A stretch of 63,092 bases of DNA, counting the filler, from Choristocarpus tenellus KU-1152 (Eukaryota; Protista; Phaeophyceae): the NCBI GenBank assembly GCA_964200185.2. It is 8 parts of 8 records of this genome, joined end to end, with 100 filler letters (N's around TTAATTAATTAA, not from the genome) between each part and the next. Parts side by side here need not be neighbours in the genome. Positions count along the whole stretch, not along the records: positions 35,956 to 39,453 come from CAXNAD020019622.1; positions 39,554 to 56,245 come from CAXNAD020000792.1; 6 more parts are not named here. The stretch is one strand, 5' to 3'. Shown here piece after piece: positions 36,000 through 49,169 of the stretch. Numbering within the stretch: the first letter of the stretch is position 1; the number at the start of each line of letters is the position of its first letter. The notes under the pieces were generated by a model, which ran no database searches, was not told where the DNA came from, and saw nothing but the letters and a program-made list of their open reading frames with translations. A program made the position numbers and the translations under genes.

Positions 36000-38290
36000 C
36001 TATTGTCCTATCTTGCACACTAAGTACATAATTAAAGTAAGGGATCCAGCACATTTGAATATATTTCTCCAAGTCTCATCATTAACCTACAGGTTTGTGG
36101 ATTGGGGGCACACGTATCCCATCATGGGTAGCTGTGGGAGAGCTTTGTAACAGGTGGAAGTCCCTTTTGACATAATATCTCTCCCAAAATCCGTGTTGAC
36201 CTTCTGAGGTGTCCCTATCCATCCTCATTAAGCCAACATCATCATTGGTATCTGCTCTAAGGAAGTGATCTGCTGTGCCACTATTCTATCCTTCCGATTT
36301 TCTATGAATCCACCTTGGGTGTCTCACTCAGTCTGGCAGATCAATGACACTGATGGCTAGTAGGGTCTTGTGCAATATTCGCAGGTTTGTGCATCAGTGG
36401 TGCCTGTGCAGCGAATCACTCACGGGTTGGAGCATGGAGGTTGCTCGCAGCAAATCACTCACTCACGTGTCTGCAACTTGAACCTGTATTGGGTCATCCA
36501 TCCAATTCCTCATCAATGCCCAGGTCCTTATCAGTATTTAGCTCCTCATCGGAATAGTCCTCTTCATCGCCCTTCAGGGAGAGATGTCTCTCTCTCCAAC
36601 AAAGTCTAGTGCCTGTGCGTCCAGTTTGAACATCACCTGACCAAATGTAACCAGTTTGGCGTCTTGAGAAGCCACACGTCCCAGCCCAAGGATGTCCGAT
36701 CCTGTCTCAACATAATTCTGCGCTTGGCATGCATATGGAACTGTAGAGCTGCTCCTCTCTGCTACTTGTCCTGGTGTGCGTAGCACTCACCCCCCCCAGA
36801 CTCAAAGTCTCTCGTAGTTGAATCAGTTGCCTGTCCATCACTCTCATGACGTTTCTGTGAAGGTACTGAGGTTGAATTCCCGTTGTGTTGAAGAGTCTCG
36901 TCCATGAGTGCAATAAATCAGTACTCGTCTCTCAAACCAGCCTCCACCAGTTGACTCCTCACAGCCTCCATAAGCTGCCTCCCAGAGCACTTCACAAAAC
37001 CATTCCTTTGGGGCAAACTCAGAGGTGATTTCCTCTATCTGATTTCCATTGTCAGGTAACACCCTTTGGAACTTAGCTGACCTTCCAAGTTCACCAGCTC
37101 ATCCCACTAATGCACTTTAACACAACTCCTCCCTGAGCAATTTCGTTGATATAACGAACTGCTGCCTCTGATGTCGTATTCCATGACCTCAGGTCATATA
37201 CTCATTTATCCCTGCGACCCTCATCAATGAAGACGTGGCAGTGTTGTATCCCCTTAATGCTCGCAGTACTCAAGATGCTGGAGGGAAATTCAAGAACTCA
37301 ATGTGCATCACGAAGTACTACCACTCACTGTAGGCTGTCCATTCTTGCCCGTAGTCAGTAGAATAAAACCCCCAGCTTTCTTAGCCTCCAGTGTGCTACT
37401 GATGCCGAAAGAACAGGTACCCTCATTGGCCATGTTGCCAATCAAGCCTTCTCGGTAGAGAGTATAGTGTAGTTTGACTCCATAGTCACACAGGATGTCG
37501 ATCTCCTTGTCCCTGAGGAGCTGAGCATTACATTCTCGTCCAAAAAAATCCTCGTCTGAAGTTACCACGAATGTTGAGGAGGAGCACTGTCGATCCCTGG
37601 AGCTTGACTTCTCCCAATGTTGCTGTCTCCCTCAACTGGATATGGTTGAATTTGAAGGTGGCGGAGGGAACCCAAGTGCGGGCACCACACCCCCTAGGGG
37701 GCTCTGCAGCTGGGCTGCCAGGGCCAAGCATGGAAAATATCTCCTCATCAGTGACAGTTCTATTTCAGGCAGCATTCGTATTGAAACTTCTCCTTTCACT
37801 ATAGTCCAGGCGCTATGGGGAATCCTCGTGCATGCACCTTACCATGTGGGCACTCTGAGGTTGATATCGCAACTGTCTTGCCATGAGAAGTTATCTAAAC
37901 TTCAAAAGGTGAAGAAAGTTGAAGTCATAACCAGGCAGGGACGATTCCAACCGTCACCCCGTATGATGACCTGTGCTTCGTTCTGCTCGGTGCCATGCAT
38001 AGTCAATACATCATCCTCCCCGTCTTGGTCTGAAAGCAGGTAATCGTACGTGGACCCAGTCCTCGGCACAACTTCTGCAGACTCTCTCAGGTTCCAATCA
38101 TGTCCCAGTGTTGTCCAGGTTGTCCTTATTATCATGTGTCTTGCCACAAGAGTGGGCGTTGTGACTGGTCGTAAGCAAGGTCTCTAGTGACCTTCTTTGC
38201 TGCACCTGTCCATATGGGCAGCATCTTCAGATCCGTCTCGATACTCATGAGGTTCCTAACCTGGTCATATACGCCGTCCTTAGACTGCTA
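36000..38290 (-). mobile_element. Decayed Ty1/copia LTR retrotransposon (gag-PR-IN)
   Basis: Domain order is a Zn-knuckle remnant CH**GDIFH (~37750), protease-like IDSAPPQH (~37590), then integrase FIDEGRR..VYDLRS, DNG and NGFVKCSGRQLMEAVRSQLVEAGLRDEY (~37000-36920). A PBS-like GGTTAGGAACC lies at ~38255. Confidence 0.75.
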
Positions 38291-39199
38291 TTTGTTAAGG
38301 TAGTGAAACCTCGACCAGGGTAGAAGTCAGAAGAAGCAAGGAAAGAGGAGTCTCACACAGCCCCCCTTGCAAAGCGTCATGGATTGGTAAAATAAGAGAG
38401 TGACCTCTTGGATGGACTCTCACCCTGTGTATTAATGTCGGGCTAATTTGATTGGCAAACAAAAGATATGGTATTTGAATTTTTTGGCGATTAGGCATTC
38501 GTTGATCATTGGTGTGGTTTAACTAAAATCCAAATAATCATCAATGAATTTTACAGAAGTCCTATTACTCTCCACAAGTTTGACTTCGAGTGAACACTTC
38601 TTACTTGTGACAAAGAAGTCTCATATCTTAGATGAAAACTTATAATAACCCACACGGTTGTACTTCTTTGTGTGTCCAAATAATCCGAAGGCACCATCCA
38701 CAACAACAATTGTTACCAAAGGCTATATATTTATATAGACCACCTTGAAAGTAATTTATCATCGTTCATGTCAAAGAAACACACTCAGTTGAGGAGTGGC
38801 AGGGACACCGGTTGATAGTAGCGAAAGGAGACTTACATCTAATGCTGTAGCAAACTATTTTTTTCTAGGATGGACTTAAGAAAGCATCTGCAACGGCAGA
38901 ATCAAGGTTGCACTAACTGTGTTGACATGGGTTTTCGGAGACCTGGAAAGAGCTTTAGATGGGATTCCATGCTGACGTGGTTGGTATTGACTGTAGAGCA
39001 GTACAAATATATTTTCCATAAGAGCATGGCATTTACTTCGGACTGGTATATCTTATAAGTCTCTCTTTCAAAGCTTGCGCTATTAATGGATATCCAGCAA
39101 AACCTCTAACTCAGTCTCCACATGTTAGGTCGAATCTTAAAATTTGAAATTCAGAAAGACTGTTAAGAACAAGATCACAAAATCACATGTTGCACCTCC

Positions 39200-39385
39200 A
39201 CACCAATACATGCACTTCCACTGTTCAGACTGTTTACAGTTCTTGCTTCCTGAGGATATATGGCTCAACTGCCCAACTGGTCCACCGTCAAAGCTGCCAG
39301 GGTCATCTATGGCCTTAAGCAATCAGCAATGGATTGGTACAGGGAGTTTAAGGAGTCAGTATTAGAAGAGGAGTGTGTCGAATAA
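39200..39385 (+). mobile_element. Ty1/copia reverse transcriptase fragment
   Basis: LPEDIWLNCPTG, then frameshifted ARVIYGLKQSAMDWYREFKESVL (YGLKQ motif). Confidence 0.8.
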
Positions 39386-39553
39386 CCTAGTGTTATCCTT
39401 ACGTTGTTTGTGCTGACACAAGTATACAACATAGGTTATACGTACGTTTAGATNNNNNNNNNNNNNNNNNNNNNNNNNNNNNNNNNNNNNNNNNNNNTTA
39501 ATTAATTAANNNNNNNNNNNNNNNNNNNNNNNNNNNNNNNNNNNNNNNNNNNN

Positions 39554-39609
39554 ATGAAAAAATTGACCCCAAATGGACAGCCGCCACCCCCTCCCAGATA
39601 CTTTGAGCC
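39554..39609. mobile_element. MITE family A end
   Basis: Nearly identical to 1-48. Confidence 0.85.
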
Positions 39610-39759
39610 ATTATTTCACTCTGGGTTTAGCCGCTCAGTCATCCTGTACTACAATATTCTCCTACTTCCTCAGCAGGATTATCCTTCACCTTACAGTCAA
39701 ATTACCCAACGAATCATTATGTCACATCCTTCGTAACAACCCCAGTCGGGGCAAACTTG

Positions 39760-42700
39760 TCTACCAACTGCTCTCCTGCGCGACTTCACTCAGACAATTG
39801 CCTGCAGTGAGACAAGAAAGCCGCAACGTCTTGACCCCGTCAGGAAGTTGCTCAGTTCTCACTGCCCTCAGGACCATATCGAGGGCATCAATGTGTTGGT
39901 CGTTAATGACTAGATCAAACACTGATACTGTCTCACTTTGGGCAATTGTCTTAGGAGAGCCTGGAAGAAGGGCACTTGATAGATGTCTGCTGTGAATGGT
40001 GTTACTGTGAATGATATGACGTACAGACTTCCTCAATGGTTGGATTGTAGGTTGAAGGATACTCCACCTGGGGAGGCAACACAACATGATTGGATTTTTT
40101 TTGTCCTTGCAACATCCAATGCCCTCTTATTTTTTTCAATATTTTTGTACAGCTATTGCTATTTCCCCAGAGTGCTTATAAAGCATAGATGCTGACCGGA
40201 ACTACCTCTGGAAAAAGGATAAATAGATGTAACAGATGGACCTTGACCATCTCCATGGGCCACAACAGACTGGGAACTGAAAGCGCCTGCCCACTACATA
40301 ACAAAAAGGTCGTATTTGCTCAGTGCGTCTTCAGTTTACAATATATTGTCTGGTGCACTCTCCAATGCAACAAATGAGGTTAGAAAATACCAAACACAGT
40401 ATCAATCAAACCTAAAATAGTAGATTATCGACCACCAGAAAATGCAACACTCGGTCTACCTACTGTACAGTAGGACCTAAATACTAAAATCATTACTTTT
40501 TTTATCAGTAGTCCTAAACCCGAGCGCAAATCCCAGCCCTAGACTGCATGCCAAAAGACAAGAGTCCATACCACAAAACCTAATTACTCACCGCTTCTCT
40601 TCGGCTTCTCTCCTCTACCTTCTTGTTCAGCTTAGTGTCCAGCTTTTGCACACACCCCTGACCCCAGTCCTCACTGCTGTCCATGTGGCCACCCCTTCCG
40701 TTGCCACTTATTTCCGCAATAATATTTCTGCCAGAGGTGTTTGCAGCACCAGCCTTGGAAGAAAATCTGACAAGGCAGTTGCTCTCGACACGTCTTCCCA
40801 TTTGCTTGCCTACCTTCCCTTGGTCCCTTGTAGCGATCAGCTGATCCTGTGAGAGAGCAGTGTGGGAGATGCATAATTAATGCTTTGGAGTATGTGGGAC
40901 ATGAAGGCTGCAGAGGTATTTCCCCCCCCCTTGACATCTATCCTCGTAGAGAGCCAAAGTATCTTAGAGGGTAGAGTTGCGTCCACTTAGGGGCCAAAAT
41001 CCGATGTTGCGATTTTGATGTAATTTCGACTATTATGTTTGTTAGGAAGTGTCAATATCTATGTTTCGGACACCTTTTCGTAACATATACATTATACCTA
41101 CTTCTAAACGTTTTGGATAGGAAAATGTCATAAAAAACCCATGGGAAGCCAAGCCCAAAATAGACAAACAGAGCAAAACTCGTACCCTCTAAGATACTTT
41201 CATTCATATGTACTATGCAGTTGGACTCTCCAGCAGGGGAAGAGAGTTTTTTGTTGAGCATTTAGTGCTCCCAGTTGTGGTTGTTGAGAGGTAAAAACGC
41301 ACAAAAACAAGTAAAAAGAAGAGATTTCCATCAGTCCGGGCACTTAGACTGAGCCATGGTCACGGGTTGAACCGTGGTCCAGCCATACTGAAATAGTTGA
41401 TGGTCTCGGACCGGTCGTGGTTGAACATGTTGGTACTGGGCTAGCCTGGGACCCAACCATGTTAATTCAGTTGACGGCCATGGACCTTTCTTTTAGAACA
41501 TATTGGTTTCTTACCTACATTGATAATATATATTTCTTTTTTGTTTGTTAGTATTTTCCATGTTCTCAAGCATTGTGCCATTGCTTTCCCTCTGACTACC
41601 ATTCATCCACAGATTTGTGACCCTTCAGATTAACGCAAATAATAGTAACAGTAATAGTAACAGTAATAGAAGTAGAAATAATAATAATTGTAGTAGCAAT
41701 AGTAATTGTAATACTAATAATACTAGTAGTAATAATATTATTAATAATGATAATAACAGCAGCAGCAGCAGCAACAACAACAACGAAACCATGATAATAT
41801 TAATAGCACCAGCCTGTAGTCTCATCATGTTGAAATAGTTAATAACCCTAGAAAGGGTATTTTAACTTGAACAACCTAGTCAAGATTGGTTGAGCTGATC
41901 TGGTCAAAATATGTCGAGTCGACCCACAAATGATCCCAAACACATGTGGGACTAATAAACACTCTTTTTCATACATGCCTTCAGTTACCTTCTTTTCCTT
42001 CTCCATGAAATATGTATTCAGGATCCAACTTGGTGGGCTGTATATAATCTATTGTTTAACATGGCTGCCTGTGGCCCAGTCCAGTCACAATCTCTGCCGG
42101 TCCTGGTCCGGACATGTCGGAGGATATCGGAATCAGTCAGGCTTGTGGACTGGTTCCTTCAGATTTACCCAGTCTAATCATTAGCCCTCATAAAAAGCAC
42201 CACAAGTAAAGAGGAAAGAAAAGAAGCCAACTACAGAAAAAATGTGAATGCAAGAAGAAATACACACAAGGATTGAAAGTTGCGCAAAACTTGTAGATTA
42301 CTTTGGGAATTAAGATGATAGACTTATGTACTTGATTTTCCACTCACTGGCAAGGTTTGGCCATTGATGGTGGTTGCTTGCTTATCAGTGTAGATCGCAT
42401 TTTGGAAGGCACTTCTCTCACTCTCGCGTTCCGCATATGCCATGCTGGTCCCACCTCCTTGGGTACTGGACATATTTCTTTGCCTGTGTCATGTATTGAG
42501 ATTAAGTGGAGGCTCAAGCTTACAGAGTTTTGAGTGAGGAAGAGCAAGACTTGGTTGACAAGAGTTTGTGTGAATGTGTCCAAGATATATGCTGAGATAC
42601 ACAGAGTACTCAATTGATGTAGGAGGGTTGAACAAGAAGATTATTAAGGATGAACCTAGGGGCACAATTCTCATCCTCCCTCTGAAAGGTACATCAACAG

Positions 42701-44060
42701 TAACTGTTGTAACATTTACTGTATATTCAAAGGATGTCAGTGTATCTTCCTAGTTGCATAAAACAGTTAACATAAAGTTGTTCTTCTTATGCAATCCTCA
42801 AGCATTAGACTCACTGCATTGCCCTCCAGTGCAAAGCACGGTTTCAAAATGTGGCTATTTCGTATTTACACCCACAGGGTACAAACCGCAGAGTAAGCCC
42901 CGATACAGAATTACTAAAGAATCTATTGTAATATGCACAGCAAAGAATTACATGCATTATTTGCAACTTTACTTGTTTGTGTTTGAATTAATATCTAATT
43001 TACCTCGGGTCAAGAGATTCAACAATATTTGAGGCTAACTGCCAAACACATGACACATTATCATAGTCTTCGCATTACTGCATGTAGAAATTCGAAAAAT
43101 GAGCTAAGCAGCGAGCTTGCTCTAGAGGGTGGTACTTGCTAGGTCTAGGACAAGGAATGAATGCCCTGATCGTCACATAGGAGTGTTGGGGTTTGGAAGT
43201 GAAAGGATGGTTTTGCTCTCAACGTGATCAGACAGCACACCAATGAAGTATGAGAAATTCTTTGAGTATAATTGGATGTGGCTTTATAAAAGTGTCGGAA
43301 AAGGAACATAGTAGTAAATATACTTCGAAGTATCAGTGGAGTGGTGATTACCACAACTTGAGATTCTTCAGGACATGGATTGTTGCCCTCCTGACTCAAA
43401 GTATCTGGGGGGGGGGGTCTACACCAGGGTGTCCATTCGGGCCCTGACCAGGATAAGCGAACTTACATTATCCATCCAATGCATGCAACCGAATCACCCA
43501 AAAATCGCGACATGGAAAAATAGACCCCGAATGGACAGCTGCCACCCCCCCTCTCCCCAGATACTTTGAGCCTTCTACTCTGCATCCATACTCAGCTTCC
43601 TCCAGCCTATCAAACCAACACTAGGCGCAACAATTGAGGACGAGTTCTACGCTTAGCCCCTGTCCCTATATGGTGAAAATGACTTGCAATACTGTCACTA
43701 CTTTGACTCAACATACAATTACATATCACCTTCTTTCCTTTTCTCGGGCAATCAGACGTCGATCTCGAAGGCTCAGAGTCTTCTCCCCGTCATTTCCACT
43801 TCCAGGTGGAGGTCCAGTTGCAACGACAACAACAGATCCGCTTGAGGGGGCCCAGGTCCGTTGAGCTACCATCCGTAGACCTGAGACAGATCATGGGTCA
43901 TGTTGAACAGATCACTGCGGAATTTTGACCTTAGTACATGGATAAAGTTCAGCGCTAACGAAGATAGTATCTTCGAAATTGCTAGCCAAGGCCTGCAATC
44001 ATTGCTGAATATGTATGTACCTGCCCCTGCCGCTGGTTGCGTCGAGAAAATATTACTCAT
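39760..44060 (-). CDS. Hypothetical multi-exon gene
   Basis: Exons 44060-44021 and 43880-43730 join in phase (MSNIFSTQPAAGAG|LRMVAQRTWAPSSGSVVVVATGPPPGSGNDGEKTLSLRDRRLIAREKER). Further AG/GT-bounded open exons lie at ~40846-40592 and ~40285-40200. No family was recognised. Confidence 0.45.
40951..41205. mobile_element. MITE family B, complete
   Basis: GAGCCAAAGTATCTTAGAGGGTA ... TACCCTCTAAGATACTTTCATTC, in the opposite orientation to 6983-7240. Confidence 0.88.
41638..41785. repeat. Degenerate trinucleotide microsatellite (AAT/AGT/AAC/AGC)n
   Basis: Visible 3-bp periodicity. Confidence 0.9.
43393..43572. mobile_element. MITE family A, complete 180 bp
   Basis: TIRs GACTCAAAGTATCTGGGG / CCCCAGATACTTTGAGCC, with flanks TCCT / TTCT. 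Confidence 0.88.
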
Positions 44061-45261
44061 CTTCTCCCTCCCGTCCAGAGTGTGCTACTCCTACATATGA
44101 GGTTGTGTAGGCGGGGTAGCTTACGCAGCTTACGCTAACAGCAGACAGATTCAACGCCTTGGTGACAACCTGCAAGAAAAACATCAGGGGACGCTAGAAA
44201 GAGGGTATGGACGTTTTTCGACAAACGTAACAAGTACCACATGGATCCCTGCGCAACATTGACCACTACTCTTTGTCATATATATATGCAATCATCACAT
44301 TCTTGACTGAAGACAATCCAGATTGAAATCGTCGAAGAAAGAGGACGCTTTTGTTTGTTTTTGTATGTACATAGTAACGATTTTGTTTTTGTCTTTCCTA
44401 AAAAGGAGGACGTTTAACTGTTCTAGAAACGCCTTCTATAGTGAAAGTTTCAAAATTTCGGTATATTTCTTGTAAATAAGCCCTTTCTTTGTATTGTTCA
44501 AAACAAATAGAAATAAGTAGCACTACCACCTACTCTTTTTCAAATATTAACACTTTTTTTACAAAAAATAATTCAGGTATTAAAAAAGACGAAATAGGGT
44601 CCTATTAACATTCAAAATTTTAAAAATGACTCGTTTGAATATTTATTGATGGGTTGGTTCATTGAGAAACACAATAGATAGATGTAGTGTATCTATACTC
44701 TATGGTAACCATAATATATTGCAGTAGTATTCCCCCCTACATAGTAAATAACAAATCAGAAGTTGGGGGTATTTGAACATATCCAAATCTCACATGCAGT
44801 ACTCCACACCATCTATCTAAATTCGAATCATCAAAGATTTTATTACGCCAGTAATTCCGAAATAGTTTGGTTGGTAGCAATTTATTTGACTTCGAATAAT
44901 CGACTTATTAGTAGAAATTTAAAGTTAGAACATATGGAGTGATCGATGGTGTTATGGTGTGTGTGATGTGGCGCACACTTTACATGTTAAATACCTACGA
45001 AACGTCCATGCTGTACGGTTTTCGTCATACTTCTGTGCGTGTGTACTTTCAGGCGCTCGAGCAGCAAGCTTTTTCCCTGCTGACAAATTTACATATTCAA
45101 CTGGCTTCAATAGAATGAAAAGAACAAAAAATAGGGGAGTTCGACACCTTGTGAGGCGTTTAAAAGCACCATATGTGAGATTTCTCTATACCCTACAGCA
45201 ACTTTCACATGTCACAGGTGGTTCCATGCGTATATATTTATTATATACTATTATATTTTTA

Positions 45262-46970
45262 TGTCCTCTGACATTTAGCAGATATATAAGTCAGGGGGGG
45301 AAGAACCAATGAAAACTATTCACATATCAGAAAGATCTCTAAAGAGTAGCAGTTGTCATAAATGTAAAAACCATCAATCTATTTGCTATTTCACTACCAG
45401 CTATGCTGTACCACTGCCTTGCTGTGCCTCCAACCTAGCAAGGTATTCCTTCACCCCAGGGTTAGGATTTAGGGAAGCATCCCATGAATCTAACAAACCC
45501 CTCCTTGCCCATCTCCCTGGTGTCTCCAGCTTTAAACGCATGACACGTCTAGAAAGGGCCACGTGCATATCATAATCTCTGAGGTTTTGCAGATGTGTCA
45601 TGGAAATCCAAAATTATGTCACAAAGACTAGCACTAGACTGGTAGTGTTCCAGTTGTTGCCAATACTATGACTCCTCTCTGGAGAATATTTACTGGTTGG
45701 AGATTGCCAGTTGAATAGTGACTGACACAATCTGTCGCAGGGGGTGTCTTCACTGCTCCCTTCCTAAGAAAACCTTCAGCTCCTCTACTACCCACAACAT
45801 GATTAGTTACGAGCCCATCCAGAAATTTCTTGCCTGTGCACCAAGGTGCCCAAATCTTTCTACCAAGAAGAAGGTGTTGAGGTTAAGACTAGACTAGATC
45901 CCTTGTAGTTGTTGCGCTTTCAGGCTCCAGCTGCAGCATTTCCTCCATCATTATTTGTTGACGATTGCTTGAACCTCACCAAACGCCATATCCAGGAGCA
46001 ATCCATTTTCTAGGCAAGGGGCAGAGTCTGCATTGGAGAGAGTCGGTGTAGAAAGACTGAATCTATATGGAAATTAGGATTAATTGTGAAGGGGCTTCAA
46101 AGTGCAGGGGACGCCAACCTGCCTGCAAATGATGCCCATCTACCAGACCATGGTCATGTACTGCTTGCTGTACATGGCCACCAACCCTAGGGCATAAGCG
46201 AGCATGGCCATTGTCTACCACACCTTGCCTCCTACATCGATCAACTGGGCAGTCGTCAGAGTGCCTCCTCCGCCCCAAAAAAATAGTTCACCATGAGAAA
46301 AACTCTGGGTGGGTATCCGCCTACCCAGCTCAAGAGGGTGGGTGGAGACCCAAGCGTTGGCCCCTTGCCAGCTTTGGCTCCTGTGACAGGCTAAGGCCAT
46401 TGTAGAATACTCTCGTACGCGTCTGGAGTCTACAAAAAGTAGATATTCTAGCTAGGGATGGAAAGAATCAAAGTGAAATTTGTTGAGAAGGAAGGCATAT
46501 TCTCATGCTGTGCCCGTCTTGGCGTCCGCACTGTGTCGTATGCAGCCAGTATGTGGATCTCCGGGGGTTGCCGTGGAAGGGAAGAACCCCCCCAATCCAC
46601 TCATCCCAGGCGCAGTCAGGTAGATCCTCTGCCAGGAACTTGGCGAAGAGGATGGATGAGATGGAACCTCCAAGGGCCAAGACAAAAGGGTTTGGGTTGG
46701 AGCAAATGGCGACAGCAAGTTCCTTGCCAGGGACGCCTTGTTGGCATGCAAGGATGGAGAGTAAGAAGGCTGCTAATAATAAAATTACAAACCAGGAAGC
46801 TGGCGGTGGATCACGGAAGAGAAGCCTAGGCCGCCTGCACTGGTTTGTATCTGGGTCTCTACCTGTTGGTGCGTCTCCAAGAGCAGAGACCTACTGGTAC
46901 ACCCCCCAAAAAATGTCCATGGCCTTTGCGAAGTCAGCAACTTCCACGATCCTCTTTTCTAGGGTCCACA
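45262..46970 (-). mobile_element. RLE-type (CRE-like) non-LTR retrotransposon 3' region plus a tandem truncated copy
   Basis: ACHRSQSWQGANAWVSTHP, CCHC remnant HARLCPRVGG..VHD, LLLD, KRNNYKG, VERFGHLG and VALSRRVMRLKLE match Zn knuckle plus restriction-like endonuclease C-terminus. Confidence 0.72.
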
Positions 46971-46973
46971 GAA

Positions 46974-47118
46974 GACCCAAAGTATCTGGTGGGGGGGGGA
47001 GGTCTACACCAGGGTGTCTATTTGGGCCATGATCAGGAAAAGTGCACTTATATTATCCATATGCAACCAAATCACACAAAAATCGCGACATGAAAAAATT
47101 GACCCCAAATGGACAGCC
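46974..47118. mobile_element. MITE family A, truncated
   Basis: Matches 43393-43540 and lacks the second TIR tip. Confidence 0.85.
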
Positions 47119-47149
47119 AGATAGACCTCTTTGCCACAGCAGGCATCAG

Positions 47150-48082
47150 GTTCCAATTAGCACAAATCCCGTCTACGACAGATAGTTTCTGTCACAACAC
47201 AGGTAGCCCTATCCAGACGGGTCATGCACCTTAAGCTGGAGATATGAGGAAGATGGGCAAGGAGGGGCTTGTTAGATTCGTGGGATGCCTCCCTAGCCCC
47301 TCACCCTGGACTACAGAACTAAGCTAGGTTAGAGGCACAGGAAGGGAACGGTGTAGCATATCTGGTGGTAAAATAGTAAATAGGTTAATGTTTTTCACAT
47401 TTATAAAAACTGTTACTTTTTTAGGGTTTATTCTGACATGTGAATAGCCTTTGTTGACTCTTCCCATGACACATCTGCAAAATGTCAGAGGGCATAACAA
47501 TAAAATATCAATACAGCAAAATATGAGAAGGCAAAATTATGTATTATATATTGTTACTTTTTCAAGGGTTCTGACATTTGAATGGGTTTTCATTGGTTTT
47601 TCCCATGACACATTTGTAAAATGTCGGAGGGCATAGAATTGAAAATACATGTTAGGAAGCAAGCAGAAACGTTTTCTGGATGAGCTGGCTAAGCACAAGG
47701 TAGGGGGGAGAGGATCAGGAGGTTACAGTAGGAAAGGAGCTGTCAAATCCCGTTTTCGACAGAGAGTATCCGTCGCAACACAATTAGCTCTCTCAAGATG
47801 TGTCATTCGTCTTAAGCGGGAGGCACCTGGGAGATGGACAAGGAGGGGGCTGTCAGATTCTTGGGATGCTTCCTTAGCTCCTCGCCCTATGGTCTAGGGC
47901 TAAGCTAGGTTGGAAGCGTAGGAGGAGAGTAGTGTAGCATAGCTGGTAGTCAAATAGAAAATAGATTTTGGAGAGATATCTTTCACATATACGACAACTG
48001 TTACTTTTTCAGGGGTTGTTCTGATATTGAATTTGCTTTTCATGGGTTTTTCCCCTGACACATCTCCAAAATGTCAGGGAAA
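47150..48082 (+). mobile_element. Head-to-tail 5'-truncated copies of the RLE non-LTR element
   Basis: LGSKQKRFLDELAKHKVGGRGSGGYSRKGAVKSRFRQRVSVATQLALSR. The 3' tail motif CCCATGACACATYTGCAAAATGTCAGAGGG occurs at ~47463, ~47602 and ~48051. Confidence 0.78.
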
Positions 48083-48551
48083 AAAGTCAATCATAATTAT
48101 TATATATCTCTACTATATTGTGAGGTGCATCTTCCAACTAAGGTACACATTTAACGTGACCTACGGTCTGTTGGTCACATGACATCTGTTTTTGCATATT
48201 GAAGTTAACATCTGCTTGAAGTAAATAGTGGGTGGTTTGAGGGGACCTTGCAACCCCCCCCCATCCACTTTTTGCTTGTTCACTCTTTCCTGAGTGATCT
48301 TCTGAGGGATTGCTCTCCCTCCTGCCTTGTCTCTCTCCATCCCCTTCCTTCTGTGGGTCTTCCCGCTCCCCTTTAGTCTGAAGAACCTGTCGGCCTGTTT
48401 CCATCTGTTTCACAATATATATTTTCTATAAATATATATCTGTATCGAAGTGTGAATTACTACTGTGATGAACATCCCATCTAACAGATAACTTAAGTGT
48501 TACAACAATAACTATATAAACTTTTCAACACAGGTATTGATAGTAATTTTT

Positions 48552-48809
48552 GACCCAGAGTAATTGAGAGCTAAGCAAGGTTGAATGATAAGAACTCCGA
48601 GGCATGGCAAAAATGCGCTATTTTGCACAATTGCAGAAAGAGCTTCTGCTGAATTGCGGTGTCACTTGGTGTATGGAATGGGGGAATATCGATTTTTGGT
48701 ACAATGTTGTGGACACGATGCTATGAATTCGAGTTTATTGCACAGGGTAAGAAATATGGATTAGAATGGAAACGGGCCAAACCTGCCTACCACTCAATGA
48801 CTTTGGCTC
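48552..48809. mobile_element. MITE family C
   Basis: GACCCAGAGTAATTGAGAG ... CCTGCCTACCACTCAATGACTTTGGCTC, with flanks TTTT/TTTA. Confidence 0.78.
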
Positions 48810-48905
48810 TTTATTCTATGACACATGCCGATTCATAAAAAAAACGAGGATGAAGCGATAAGCCGTGTTAAAATTACCATAAATATAGTATCAGTATGAT
48901 ATGCT

Positions 48906-49161
48906 GAGCCAAACCAATTAAGAGGTAGGCAGGTTTGGACACTTTTGCATTCAAAAGTCTCTGTCCTACCCTCGGCAATACGCTCTATTTCACTACTTTT
49001 ATCTCTAGGAATAGTGTACACAAATTTGATATCCCCCTTTCCACGCCCAAGGTGACACCATATTTCAGCAAAGGATCTATAATTGTACAATATTGCATCT
49101 CTCCTCTGTTTCTTATCATCCTTAAATTGTAACCCTGCCTACCTCTCAGTTGGTTTGACTC
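48906..49161. mobile_element. MITE family C
   Basis: GAGCCAAACCAATTAAGAGGTAGGCAGG ... CCTGCCTACCTCTCAGTTGGTTTGACTC. Confidence 0.85.
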
Positions 49162-49169
49162 ACTAGTAC

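Noticed and set aside
41617-41838. Poly-Asn and poly-Leu ORFs
   Set aside because: These are translations of a microsatellite.
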